IMG/VR virus record: IMGVR_UViG_3300044640_001495
Coordinates: 62,001-126,000 of that record
DNA length: 64,000 bases
Reading direction: 5' to 3' (one strand)
The position numbers were made by a program, and so were the translations under genes. Under the pieces are notes generated by a model that made no database searches, was not told where the DNA came from, and was given only the letters and a program-made list of their open reading frames with translations. This document shows, piece by piece, positions 16,040 to 26,315 of the stretch. Positions within the stretch are counted from its first letter, which is position 1, and every line of letters begins with the position of its first letter.

Positions 16040-16963
16040 ATGACAACACTTTATACACCCATCCATTTTAAAAAAAATAACGAAATAGATCCGGAAAACA
16101 GCGAATTTAAAATAGTCTATGTAGACATCGTTCATCGTTGCAATATGGAATGCAGCAATTGCTATCTGCCAAACAGAAGCTACAAAGACATAGAATTTAA
16201 CAAGCTCATTGAAACTATAAGCAAATTTAAAAAAAGAACGGAATTTAGATTAATTGGTGGGGAGCCTACATTACACAAAGATTTACCTAAGATCATAAAA
16301 CTTATAACAAGTATGCCTATCAAGCATCGAATAGTTTTAGTCACAAACGGATTGCGTTTAGCAAATGAAACTTACGTAAAAAAATTAGTGGATGCTGGAT
16401 TAAAAACAGTGTATCTTAGCATGAACGGCGCCGACGATGACACGGTTTATGCTACCATGGATAATTTACGATGTGCAAAGAAAAAAGTTAGAGCATTTCA
16501 AAATTGCGTGGATAATAAGATAAAACTGGCCATTGGTTGTATTCTAGCTAAGGGAATAAACGAACATGTTCCAGATCGTCTGAAAGAGTTGATACAAAAA
16601 AATAATTATCCAGTGGCGTTGGAGTTTAGAAATGTAGGGCAAATTGGTAGATATTCCTTAGAAAAAAATCAAAATTATTCTAGAAAAGAAATTTTAGATA
16701 TTTTAGAAAAAGTTTTTAATTTTGATTCTAATACAGAAGATTGGAAAAATAGTTTAATAGATGATGATTCTTATAGCTGGCATTTTCCTTTAGAAAAAGC
16801 CAAGGCAAAACTGTGTAAGACTACTTCTCTACGTATTACTGATTGGAGTTTAATGGATGAGGGATATCCTGCACAGGACAATCTTAAAAGAGGTAGGATT
16901 ACGGAAAATTTTAAACTGGCTCCTTTTTTCGAGCACCTACGTGAAAACGAAAACGGATATTAA
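16040..16963 (+). CDS. Radical SAM protein (MoaA/NifB/PqqE-like core)
   Basis: CNMECSNC (CxxxCxxC), GGEPTLH and VTNG motifs. Confidence 0.9.
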   Translation: MTTLYTPIHFKKNNEIDPENSEFKIVYVDIVHRCNMECSNCYLPNRSYKDIEFNKLIETISKFKKRTEFRLIGGEPTLHKDLPKIIKLITSMPIKHRIVLVTNGLRLANETYVKKLVDAGLKTVYLSMNGADDDTVYATMDNLRCAKKKVRAFQNCVDNKIKLAIGCILAKGINEHVPDRLKELIQKNNYPVALEFRNVGQIGRYSLEKNQNYSRKEILDILEKVFNFDSNTEDWKNSLIDDDSYSWHFPLEKAKAKLCKTTSLRITDWSLMDEGYPAQDNLKRGRITENFKLAPFFEHLRENENGY

Positions 16964-16964
16964 A

Positions 16965-17795
16965 TTATTTTATTGTGACACGATACAGGGATCGTCGGTG
17001 CCCGTCATATCCACCAGTAGCTCTGTGTAAGGTACAACGATTATCCCAGAGCACTAGTTGATTATTAGCCCACCGATGTGTATAGATAAATTTTGGATTT
17101 TTCTGGTGATTAAAAATTTCTGCTAGTATTTTGTAAGATTTATCTTTGTCTAAACCTTCAATTCCAATAGTATAACCTCGATTGCAGTTGATTACTTTCT
17201 TTCCTGTTTCAGGATGCTCCAACACCAACGGATGATGTTGGATCTCATACGCTTCATCTGAATATCTAAGTTTCATTGACCTACCAACATCTGACACCCC
17301 GTATCTAGCATCGGGCGCATACCCGCGTCTAGCAGAATTTATTCCTCGATGATTTTCTAAAATCTGTTTAAGGTCATCGTGAAGTGTGTCGTATGCTTTA
17401 TACAGATCGGAAAATAGTGTATCGCCACCACTCGGTGGAATTTCTTTAGCATATAATGCAGTTCCTTTTGGTGGCTCTTTCATGTGGAACCAATCAGAAT
17501 GCCAACCTTCGGCAAATATTTCAGTAGATTCGTTAGGCTCTCTCAGCACTTCTGCTACATAGTCTGATCCGTTAATTGGATCAATAAACGGATCTCGACA
17601 ATGCTCACCAAAATATAATACAAATTTTTCCAAGTCATTCACTGTAAGATGCTGATCAACAAAAATCAATACTTGGTACTTATTCCATAATTCTTTTATT
17701 TCCGTTATGTAGTGTGAATCTATTTTGGAAGAAAAATCTACGCCACTAATATAGGCGCCGTATTGAGTGTCTGTTGGAGTAATTGAAATTTTCAT
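16965..17795 (-). CDS. TauD/TfdA-family 2OG dioxygenase
   Basis: WHSD, GGDTLFSD and WDNRCTLHRA...R motifs. Confidence 0.92.
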   Translation of the reverse strand: MKISITPTDTQYGAYISGVDFSSKIDSHYITEIKELWNKYQVLIFVDQHLTVNDLEKFVLYFGEHCRDPFIDPINGSDYVAEVLREPNESTEIFAEGWHSDWFHMKEPPKGTALYAKEIPPSGGDTLFSDLYKAYDTLHDDLKQILENHRGINSARRGYAPDARYGVSDVGRSMKLRYSDEAYEIQHHPLVLEHPETGKKVINCNRGYTIGIEGLDKDKSYKILAEIFNHQKNPKFIYTHRWANNQLVLWDNRCTLHRATGGYDGHRRSLYRVTIK

Positions 17796-18553
17796 AATTT
17801 AAAAAATTTGTTTATAATTATACCAAAAAAGTCATAGTCGTGAGATTCTACTTTGGTAGTAGAGCTTGCCGCATATGCGTGGTGATTATTATGGAGGTGA
17901 CCTCCTTTTAAAAGAAAAACCATTGCTCTTGAATTTTTGTTTCTGCTACTTTCCCCTGTGATAAAATCTTGTGTTCCTATTCCGTCATGGCAATAAATGT
18001 TTACCAATCCGTTTAAATACAATCCCAATATTGCTGAAAAACTAAAAATATAAACATAAGAAACGAGCCCAAAAAGAAATATAAAGATTATAGAAAATCC
18101 TATATATAATTCATAATACCATTTGGCAAGAAATCTAAATCTAAAATCTTTTAGGTAGTCCCGTACCATCGACGGATTTACTGAAATAGGATTTAACCAG
18201 TATAGAACTTTTAATTTTCCTTTAAGTGGAGTATGCGGATCTTTTTCTGTATCAGTAAATGCATGATGCATTCGATGTATACCTACATAGGATAACAACG
18301 GCCCTTGCATATTAAAGAAATGTAAAAAAATCAATAAATTCTCTTTAAATTTTGTAGTCTTAAAACTTTTATGTGTGAAATATCTATGGGCACCTATCTC
18401 GTCGCCTATACCTTTAAATAATTCTTTAGCAATTAAGCCAGCAATTATTCCTAAAAAACTAAAATGATAAAACAACACCCAAAGTAAAAGTCCATGTTGA
18501 ATCAATATTAACGAATGATGATAGCGATGAAAGGTGTAAGTTCCTATCTGCAT
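17792..18553 (-). CDS. Membrane fatty-acid (delta-9-type) desaturase
   Basis: HRYFTH, HRMHH, DPHTP and HNNHH motifs. Confidence 0.9.
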   Translation of the reverse strand: MQIGTYTFHRYHHSLILIQHGLLLWVLFYHFSFLGIIAGLIAKELFKGIGDEIGAHRYFTHKSFKTTKFKENLLIFLHFFNMQGPLLSYVGIHRMHHAFTDTEKDPHTPLKGKLKVLYWLNPISVNPSMVRDYLKDFRFRFLAKWYYELYIGFSIIFIFLFGLVSYVYIFSFSAILGLYLNGLVNIYCHDGIGTQDFITGESSRNKNSRAMVFLLKGGHLHNNHHAYAASSTTKVESHDYDFFGIIINKFFKL

Positions 18554-19365
18554 TAGTCTGTTCCTGTTCTAAGCGATCCAGGTTTAGCTATCAGCTCAAT
18601 AATTCGTCTAGCAAAATCAAAATCTCCAGGATGTGTTTCGTAGCTGTAATGTCCGGGACGTGCATGATGATTATTGTGCAGTCCGCTGCCCAGTGTAATC
18701 CAATTAAAGATACCCCTTAAATTTCTGCTGTTATCCCCTGTTTCATGTTCTCTAGTTCCATAGTTTGGCGTATGTCCAAAAGTTGCAATTATTGCTTCAC
18801 TGTGTGTTTGTAGAACTCCAGCACCCATAAAAAAGAAAACGGCCAATTCCCATTTTATAACAAATAACAATACAAATGTGATCCAGAAAATTTTATAGTA
18901 ATGATCGCTCATAAATTTCATTACAGGATCCCTAAGCATTTTTCTACAAAACATTGGGTTAAGTTTAGGAGGATTGTTCTGCCATGTCAAATACGCATGC
19001 CAAAAACCTTTAGTAGGAGTATGAGGATCTAGATCAGTATCACTATATCTATGATGATAGGGAGTATGTATGTTTGCCATCCAAACTGGACTGCCTCTAC
19101 CTGCTAGCAGTCCTAGATATACTCCAACAATTTCTAAAATTTTATGCGTCTGGAAGGCAGAATGTGAAATATACCTATGATAGAAAATATTAAATCCAAT
19201 GAATCCAATAAAGAACCATCCTACATACGCAGCTAACAGCCACCATGCCGATGTCATATCTAACAGTACCATCGCGATACCACTGATAAATATCACATGC
19301 TGCGGTATCGTTATTGTTCTTAGATTTTTATTGATTGAAATTTTTTGTAGTAGATTTGTTAACAT
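18553..19365 (-). CDS. Membrane fatty-acid (delta-9-type) desaturase
   Basis: HRYISH, HTPYHH, DPHTP and HNNHH motifs. Confidence 0.9.
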   Translation of the reverse strand: MLTNLLQKISINKNLRTITIPQHVIFISGIAMVLLDMTSAWWLLAAYVGWFFIGFIGFNIFYHRYISHSAFQTHKILEIVGVYLGLLAGRGSPVWMANIHTPYHHRYSDTDLDPHTPTKGFWHAYLTWQNNPPKLNPMFCRKMLRDPVMKFMSDHYYKIFWITFVLLFVIKWELAVFFFMGAGVLQTHSEAIIATFGHTPNYGTREHETGDNSRNLRGIFNWITLGSGLHNNHHARPGHYSYETHPGDFDFARRIIELIAKPGSLRTGTD

Positions 19366-19382
19366 ACCCTTATTTAATTAAA

Positions 19383-20195
19383 ATGATTCACACCACTCAA
19401 ATTCCTTCTCAACACTGGCCAAAAAAGTTTGATCAATTTCGAGATTTGATTTATATTCCTCTAGATCTCCCAGAACCTCCTAAGGTCGATATCGATCTAT
19501 TTACAGATTGGGCCTTCACAAAAGCCCCCAAACTTGTAGGAAATATTAATCATCCCGAGACCGGTCAAAAAATTATGCATTTCGAGGAACGGGGTATGAA
19601 AGGCTGGGGATTTTATCCCTGGATCCAAGTTAGTGCATTTCATCACGGATACAGCAATTCTTGGATTTCAGAGTTTGATAAGATATTTCCAGATGTAGTT
19701 GAATACATTCATCTTTTCCCCTACAATATATTGTCCGGAGTAACTATCCTTTTACAAAAATCAAACGTGGCAGCTCCATTGCACACCGATGCCGATGATT
19801 GGCTAGGGATGAGATTTTATCTTCACAACGAAGTTAAAGAGGATGCGTTATATTTTTGTCCTAGAAAAACCAACGAAAACAATCGCATATCCACTTACAT
19901 TATAGAATCAGAAAATGTGTACCCACAAGAATGGGAGAAATACGTAGATTTAAATAAAAAAATTTACAGCAGTCATCCTTGCCAGAGACACGCCTGGGCG
20001 TTGACTAGTACGAGAGCAGCACACGGTATCGAAGCATTTGAATACGATCGATGTGCTAGGGTGACATTTTTAGTTCATTCGCATCGACCTTCTGTGAATC
20101 ACAACGCCTGGAACCCTGATAAATTGTATGACTTACTTACAAGATCTGTAAACAAATATTCAGATTATGCAATATGGTGGGAATCTTCAAAATAA
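19383..20195 (+). CDS. Hypothetical protein, possible HxD...H dioxygenase
   Basis: PLHTDAD ... RAAHG ... RVT; start refined to MIHTTQ. Confidence 0.5.
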   Translation: MIHTTQIPSQHWPKKFDQFRDLIYIPLDLPEPPKVDIDLFTDWAFTKAPKLVGNINHPETGQKIMHFEERGMKGWGFYPWIQVSAFHHGYSNSWISEFDKIFPDVVEYIHLFPYNILSGVTILLQKSNVAAPLHTDADDWLGMRFYLHNEVKEDALYFCPRKTNENNRISTYIIESENVYPQEWEKYVDLNKKIYSSHPCQRHAWALTSTRAAHGIEAFEYDRCARVTFLVHSHRPSVNHNAWNPDKLYDLLTRSVNKYSDYAIWWESSK

Positions 20196-20198
20196 AAA

Positions 20199-21635
20199 AT
20201 GCAAGTACTCATACTCACTACTAACACTGATCCTCGTAGACAGGTACGATATCTTGGACCATACCAGATAGCTTGGTGGTTGAGATCTAATGGCTATTCA
20301 ACGCAGGTACTTGATTACATTTACTTTATGACAAAGGAACAGAGATTATCTCTATTAAAAAAATTCATTACGACAGAAACAAAAATAGTAGGATATGCTC
20401 CTTTTGCTTTGCTTAAAACAAATCAAAGATTTGTACATGGTGAACAACTAATTCATGATATCCTAGATGAAGTCAAAGAAAATTTTCCCTGGGTTAAAAT
20501 TGTCATCGGGGGAGTCTGGGCAATAAATTGGATCAACTACGGTCGGAAAAAAATTAATTGGAAGGTAGATGCTGTGTTTAAAGATGAAGCGGAACACAGC
20601 TTTCTCGAATACTGCCATTATATTTTTAAAGGATCTTCTCATCCTAAGTTTACCATAGAAAACGATGTTAAGATAATACATCCTACACAAAAATATGATA
20701 TTCAAAATTGTTCAATGCGTTATGAAAAAAATGATTTTATCCTACCAGAAGAATCTCTTCCTTTAGAATTAAGTAGAGGTTGTATATTTAAATGCAAGTT
20801 TTGTCAATATCCTAACATAGGAAAAGACAAAGATGATTTTAATAAATCTATGGAGAGTATTAAACAATCTTTAATTCATAACTATGAAAACTTTGGAACC
20901 ACTAGATATCATCTATCAGATGATACACTGAATAGCCATAGAGAAAGAACAAGAGCATTCTGTGAGATGGTAAAGCAATTACCTTTCACAATAGAATATA
21001 TAGGATATGCTAGACTAGACCTGTTGTACATATGGCCGGAACAACAAGAACTATTACCCGAAAGTGGTTTGGTAAGTTGCCATTTTGGTATCGAATCATT
21101 CGACCCCGAATCTTGTAAAATCATAGGAAAAGGTTGGGGCGCCAAAAATAATAAATCTTCACTTAGAGACATCAGAACAAAATGGGGTGATGATGTGATA
21201 ATAAACTGCTCTATGATAGTGGGCCTTGGAAAAGAAACAGAACAAGACTGGCAAGATTCTCAAGAATGGTTTATACAGAATAAAATTCACGACTGGTTTT
21301 ATAATGTGCTATCGATACATAAAGGCGTTGCATCAAGTGAATTTGAAAGAGAATATGAAAAATATGGTTATAGATTTATTAATGATAGTGATTGGGAATG
21401 GGTTTCTAGCCATATGACTAGAGACAGAGCCACCGAATGGGTTAACAATAATATAAAAAAAATAGCTGGTATAGCAGTTCCTAGTGTTTGGAATTATTCG
21501 GCGCATAGAAATATAGGATTTTCCAAACAAGAGATTCTCGACAGCAATTATCTAGATCTTTTCGAAATCCGAGTAAAAAATCAGATGACAGAAAAACTTA
21601 TAGAAAAATATTATAAGCTGGCAATGGAGTATTAA
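20199..21635 (+). CDS. Cobalamin-binding-type radical SAM enzyme (class B methyltransferase-like)
   Basis: N-terminal Rossmann-like domain (LGPYQIAWWLR, IVIGG), SRGCIFKCKFC, DDT, and FGIES motifs. Confidence 0.85.
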   Translation: MQVLILTTNTDPRRQVRYLGPYQIAWWLRSNGYSTQVLDYIYFMTKEQRLSLLKKFITTETKIVGYAPFALLKTNQRFVHGEQLIHDILDEVKENFPWVKIVIGGVWAINWINYGRKKINWKVDAVFKDEAEHSFLEYCHYIFKGSSHPKFTIENDVKIIHPTQKYDIQNCSMRYEKNDFILPEESLPLELSRGCIFKCKFCQYPNIGKDKDDFNKSMESIKQSLIHNYENFGTTRYHLSDDTLNSHRERTRAFCEMVKQLPFTIEYIGYARLDLLYIWPEQQELLPESGLVSCHFGIESFDPESCKIIGKGWGAKNNKSSLRDIRTKWGDDVIINCSMIVGLGKETEQDWQDSQEWFIQNKIHDWFYNVLSIHKGVASSEFEREYEKYGYRFINDSDWEWVSSHMTRDRATEWVNNNIKKIAGIAVPSVWNYSAHRNIGFSKQEILDSNYLDLFEIRVKNQMTEKLIEKYYKLAMEY

Positions 21636-21636
21636 C

Positions 21637-22218
21637 ATGGAAAAATGTTTTAGAAAACTTAATCTTGGAATTCCCGAAGATCATAAAATTTTTAAAGAAT
21701 ATCGTAGTTTCAATTATAGTCAGGTAGAAGTTAAATTATATGATTCGTCAAAAACTTTTAAACAATATAATCTACCTAAAGACTATTTTTTAGGAACCGA
21801 AGTACACAAAGTAATGTGTGATCTAAATTTACGTGCATCTATATTTTTAATAGAAGCCAACCATTTTTACAATTGGCATAGAGACGCATGGCGGAATATA
21901 ACTCTTAACTTGACGCTAGGTGAGGATGAAAATTATCTTGTTTTATTCGCTCCTGATGCAAATCCTAAAGAATCTACTGGGTCTATGATGTACGAAAGAT
22001 TTATCGAACTCAAATACGATCACAACAAATTTGTGTTATTGAACACACAAATTCCACATTTCACTGTCACTACAGGAATCAAAGATAGGTATCTATTAAC
22101 AATTGCACATTATTCTGGAAAACCAACAGAGTCTCTAAAAAATCGACCATGCGACGATTACACAGAATTTGAAAATACACTTCAATATTTCGCTGAACGG
22201 AATCTAGTCAAAGATTGA
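21637..22218 (+). CDS. HxD...H dioxygenase-like protein (putative)
   Basis: YNWHRDA ... LLNTQIPHFT ... RYLLT. Confidence 0.55.
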   Translation: MEKCFRKLNLGIPEDHKIFKEYRSFNYSQVEVKLYDSSKTFKQYNLPKDYFLGTEVHKVMCDLNLRASIFLIEANHFYNWHRDAWRNITLNLTLGEDENYLVLFAPDANPKESTGSMMYERFIELKYDHNKFVLLNTQIPHFTVTTGIKDRYLLTIAHYSGKPTESLKNRPCDDYTEFENTLQYFAERNLVKD

Positions 22219-22860
22219 TTATAAAGAAATTAAAAAATCATTATTTCTATATTGATTTTTCAAATAACCAATTCGATAAAGAAGATCTACATTCCAGGTT
22301 CTATTTCTCATCATTTGCCTATATCTTGGATGTGACGGCATTGTACCAGCAGGAATAATTGCCTCGTCAAAAAATTCATACCTATCTTTTATTATTGGTA
22401 TCTGTTGTCTCATTCTATTCCAGCGGTTGGTAGTTTTAGGATTAGCCACAATAAAATCATAGGAATAATATCCTATACTTTCTGCATGTGAAATGAGCAA
22501 TGTGCTGGTGTCAGCAATGCCATTATCCACAGCATTGAAAATAGAATTATTAGGACTACAAAGTATTATACATTGCCGCCAAGATTTGATCATATTCCAG
22601 AACTGACCAATAGCAATACATTTAATATTTTCTTCTTTGTCAAATACTAGAGCAATCTTATTTTTAGTTTGAGTTTCATTAGAAATCATTGTTTCGATAG
22701 ATTTGATAAAAACAGAGATATCAAAATCTTTATCATCAAAAGGATACGACCAAATTTTGGAAGTGTTCTGTTTATAATTTTTGGTGTCAACTAATAATTT
22801 TTCTAGATATACTAGATCATCTATAGTTCCAAACCTAGAGGAATATTCAGGATTTATCAT
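22219..22860 (-). CDS. Hypothetical protein (possible GNAT-like fold)
   Basis: 213-aa ORF; only weak pattern resemblance. Confidence 0.5.
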   Translation of the reverse strand: MINPEYSSRFGTIDDLVYLEKLLVDTKNYKQNTSKIWSYPFDDKDFDISVFIKSIETMISNETQTKNKIALVFDKEENIKCIAIGQFWNMIKSWRQCIILCSPNNSIFNAVDNGIADTSTLLISHAESIGYYSYDFIVANPKTTNRWNRMRQQIPIIKDRYEFFDEAIIPAGTMPSHPRYRQMMRNRTWNVDLLYRIGYLKNQYRNNDFLISL

Positions 22861-23782
22861 AGAAGTTGTGCGGCAACATTTCTGATTTTAGATATTTTGA
22901 AAAACAAAGTCTATTTTCTTTTATTCCACGATTGTATTCTTCGAATGACTCAGTAGAAGTTGCGAAAAAAACACACTTTGACATTTCTACTTTTAAAATT
23001 TCACAAAACTTTTCTTGTACTGCACGATATTTTTGATAATTGTAATCGGCAGTATATCGTTGTAATAGTTTTAATCCAACCGCAGCCGACAGTCTATTGA
23101 CGTATTTGTTTTTATTATAAACATATAAAGCATCATCATTGTCTTCTTTGGTTAGTCTCATGCCGATTCTAAGGTGTTGTACCGGAAAATTTTTACTAAG
23201 GCTGAATGTGATATCAGTAATACATTCATAAGAAAAATCAAAATTGATTCCGCCACAAACTCCAAAGTAGCAACAGTCGATTAACACTGGAACTTTTAGT
23301 GCTTCACAAGTTTCTAAAACCGAATCAGTCATTACATGTTCATTTCCGGTGCCAGCGAACGGAAGACTAAAAATCACCACGTCATTTTCTTGTATTGGTT
23401 CATCTTCAATACAGACACTCTGATCAAAATATAGCTTGGCAGCTATTGAATGATACATGTATTCGCCTCGAAAATACCTTAACCTACGATTACGATTTTT
23501 TAGATAAAATTTATCAAAAGCTTCTGTGGTTCCGTTTGAAAAAGCGAGGCCTTGGAATTTTTCCAAACCTATAACTTGATTAGAGGTGGTTTTCATTATC
23601 CATGCTTTATACTCTTTTGTAAATTTATCGTGTATTTCATCATCATTCATACAATCATTTTGCAGAACATCAACAATGATATCAGATACTTCTTGTTCTA
23701 AATCTTGATCTTTAATGCAATGTACACTGCCAAAAGGTAATTTTTTTAATTCTAGTAATTTATTCCAAGTATTGTTTTTCAT
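22847..23782 (-). CDS. PLP-dependent aminotransferase-like enzyme (fold type I)
   Basis: IDCCY and FSLSK..LRIG motifs; start refined to MKNNTW. Confidence 0.7.
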   Translation of the reverse strand: MKNNTWNKLLELKKLPFGSVHCIKDQDLEQEVSDIIVDVLQNDCMNDDEIHDKFTKEYKAWIMKTTSNQVIGLEKFQGLAFSNGTTEAFDKFYLKNRNRRLRYFRGEYMYHSIAAKLYFDQSVCIEDEPIQENDVVIFSLPFAGTGNEHVMTDSVLETCEALKVPVLIDCCYFGVCGGINFDFSYECITDITFSLSKNFPVQHLRIGMRLTKEDNDDALYVYNKNKYVNRLSAAVGLKLLQRYTADYNYQKYRAVQEKFCEILKVEMSKCVFFATSTESFEEYNRGIKENRLCFSKYLKSEMLPHNFYDKS

Positions 23783-23838
23783 GAAATATTTATCATAGCA
23801 CTTTATTGCATAAATATTTTCACTTACGGAGATGAGTA

Positions 23839-24741
23839 GTGATACAAAAATTTTTATTAGGACTGAGCATGATGTTTTTTTTATCTGCTCCCAGCCAAGC
23901 ATTCGACGCTGGTTCCCAACTCATTAAAGTGGTGATGCCATTTGCTCCAGGAGGCGGTGTTGATCAAACTTTTAGGCATTTTGAAAATTGGGCAGCGAAA
24001 AAAAACATTAAGTTTGTAGCAGTTTACAGACCAGGAGCCGAAGGATTGATTGGCATGAATGAAATTGCCGCAATGCCCAAAGACGGATATCATATTTCTT
24101 TTGCAACAGCCGGCACCATAGCCGTCCAAAGATTGAAAAATCCTCAAGCAGAATTAGAAACAGTGACGTTGATAAAAAATAGTATTATGGCGTTTGTCAC
24201 TCATAAAGATAGTGGCATACGGTCTCTAACTGATTTGTATCAAGGTAATCCAAAAACTCTAGCCTACGGCGCACCCGGACAACTAATGACTATACAGCAG
24301 TTAATAGAACTTTCAGATGGAAAAATGAAAAGTGCCACTCTTGTGCCCTACAAAGGTGGAGCTCCAGTAGTACAAGATATTGCAGGCAATCATGTGCAGT
24401 TTGCAGCAGTACCATTGTTGATCACAAAGAGTTTTGTTGATTCGGGAACCATCCGATTACTGGCTGTAGACAGCACAACTAGATTAGCAGAATATCCCAA
24501 CATTCCCACGTTTAAAGAAATCTTCCCTAAGTGGAAAAGTACTGACGGATTTGCCGTGGTATTGCCCAAGGGAACTGATACAAAAGCTGTAGAATTTTGG
24601 AATTCTATATTGAAAGAATATGTCACAGATCAAAAAGTACAAGCTGACTTTTTGAAAGACTACAATATGTCGCAAAAATTTGGTAAAGAAGAATTGGAAA
24701 AAACTGTTTCTAATGCAATTAACGCATTAGAAAAAAAATAA
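23839..24741 (+). CDS. Tripartite tricarboxylate transporter substrate-binding protein (Bug/TctC family)
   Basis: Signal peptide, VVMPFAPGGGVD, PGAEGLIG..., VPYKGGAPVVQDIAGNHV and IPTFKE motifs. Confidence 0.85.
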   Translation: MIQKFLLGLSMMFFLSAPSQAFDAGSQLIKVVMPFAPGGGVDQTFRHFENWAAKKNIKFVAVYRPGAEGLIGMNEIAAMPKDGYHISFATAGTIAVQRLKNPQAELETVTLIKNSIMAFVTHKDSGIRSLTDLYQGNPKTLAYGAPGQLMTIQQLIELSDGKMKSATLVPYKGGAPVVQDIAGNHVQFAAVPLLITKSFVDSGTIRLLAVDSTTRLAEYPNIPTFKEIFPKWKSTDGFAVVLPKGTDTKAVEFWNSILKEYVTDQKVQADFLKDYNMSQKFGKEELEKTVSNAINALEKK

Positions 24742-24771
24742 TATGCACCTTGCTGTCATAAGAAAAATGTC

Positions 24772-25536
24772 ATGAATATCAACCAATACATCGATAGGGT
24801 AAAATTTAAAACCCTACCACAAGATTTTAATCATCAAGATGGTAAGAACTATGAAAGCTCTTACGAATACACCAAGACCTTTAGCAACTATCATTTTGAT
24901 AAATTTAAACAGGAGCATGAGGGTGAATGGTATCATCGGCTGGGAAGATTCAAAGGAGATTGGGCAGACGATGTTGCTAAAATTATAGATAAATCAAAAT
25001 CATTATCCTGGGATCAAAGTACGGCGGCAGGTCAACGTCCGGGATTCCCTGGGGGTGTTAGTCCAATGAGAACACAAGAGCAAAACGACAGAAAGGCTCA
25101 CGGTTTAGACCATGTTGATCATACTAACTTAGTTTTAGAAGAATATCTAGATCAGTTTCCTAAAATTAAAAAAATGGTAGACCATTGGCATTTAGAAAAA
25201 GTTAGTTATCGTTGCCATGTGCAATGGCCTGGTCAGACGTTCGCCATGCACATTGATAAATTATGGCATCGCAATCCCACAGACCCGTCAAAAATAGTTA
25301 GGATTATTGTACATCTAGAAGATTACGAACCCGGCCAGATCCTTATATACGGTAATGCAGTACACACTCAGTGGAGAGCTGGCGATGTTCATATGTTCGA
25401 TACCTTGAATGTTCCGCATGGAACTTTTAATATTTCAAATAAACCAAGACCAAATATCACTATCACAGGATTGAGATCAGCCCTTACTGATCAAAGATTG
25501 CAAGAAGCTACTGCTGAATCAGAATATTGTATATAA
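24772..25536 (+). CDS. AspH-like HxD...H dioxygenase (putative)
   Basis: PGQTFAMHIDK ... WRAGDV...NVPHGTFN...R. Confidence 0.65.
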   Translation: MNINQYIDRVKFKTLPQDFNHQDGKNYESSYEYTKTFSNYHFDKFKQEHEGEWYHRLGRFKGDWADDVAKIIDKSKSLSWDQSTAAGQRPGFPGGVSPMRTQEQNDRKAHGLDHVDHTNLVLEEYLDQFPKIKKMVDHWHLEKVSYRCHVQWPGQTFAMHIDKLWHRNPTDPSKIVRIIVHLEDYEPGQILIYGNAVHTQWRAGDVHMFDTLNVPHGTFNISNKPRPNITITGLRSALTDQRLQEATAESEYCI

Positions 25537-25574
25537 TGCATCCGTAAAAAACATCGCATATGGTAAAATAAAAA

Positions 25575-26315
25575 ATGAATAAAAACTTTGTTATTGTTGG
25601 GACTCCTCGTAGCGGCACTACGTTTGTCTGCGATGTGCTGAACGAATTTGATGATATTTGGATTCCAGAGTTTCCTAATTACGAACCGTTTAATCCGCAT
25701 AACTTACACAGATTAGCTAACTCGATGAAAAATAATTCATTCGATCAAGATTTAATCATTAAAAAATTTATTAGTGTAAAATCAAAGAAAAATGTAGATT
25801 ATTTTGGTTTTAAAACTTTCTTGTCCTTTCACTCAGATTTAAAAAATTTAATTAAAGATAATAATCTAGATGTGATCTTAATTTTAAGAAAAGATATTTG
25901 GAAAGTCATAGGAAGTATGCTGATCGCAATAGACCATAATGACTACATAGGTAGCTCTAAAAAACATGATCCGTTTATTTTTGTTGAATCCAAAAGAGAA
26001 GTAAGAAGAATAATGACATTTTTCAATCAACTTTGTAGAACATATTGGGAACTAGAGAATTTATTTGCTAAAGATTCTAATATTATCGAAAAACTATATT
26101 TTGAAGATATTGTAAATAATAACATTGCAAACAATTTAGACACTTATTTTAACAAAAAAATTATTTTTGATCATAATTATAACGACACCGACGATATCAA
26201 TTCTTATATTGGAAATTTTGAAGAACTGCAAAGTTTAATTATAAAAGAAGTTAAAAAAAATCACACACATTATTCAGCCCTTCCTTCATATATTGTTAAT
26301 CAATTAGTGTTATGA
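25575..26315 (+). CDS. Sulfotransferase (Stf0-like)
   Basis: IVGTPRSGTT 5'-PAPS-binding loop; ILILRKD 3'-PB-like motif. Confidence 0.8.
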   Translation: MNKNFVIVGTPRSGTTFVCDVLNEFDDIWIPEFPNYEPFNPHNLHRLANSMKNNSFDQDLIIKKFISVKSKKNVDYFGFKTFLSFHSDLKNLIKDNNLDVILILRKDIWKVIGSMLIAIDHNDYIGSSKKHDPFIFVESKREVRRIMTFFNQLCRTYWELENLFAKDSNIIEKLYFEDIVNNNIANNLDTYFNKKIIFDHNYNDTDDINSYIGNFEELQSLIIKEVKKNHTHYSALPSYIVNQLVL

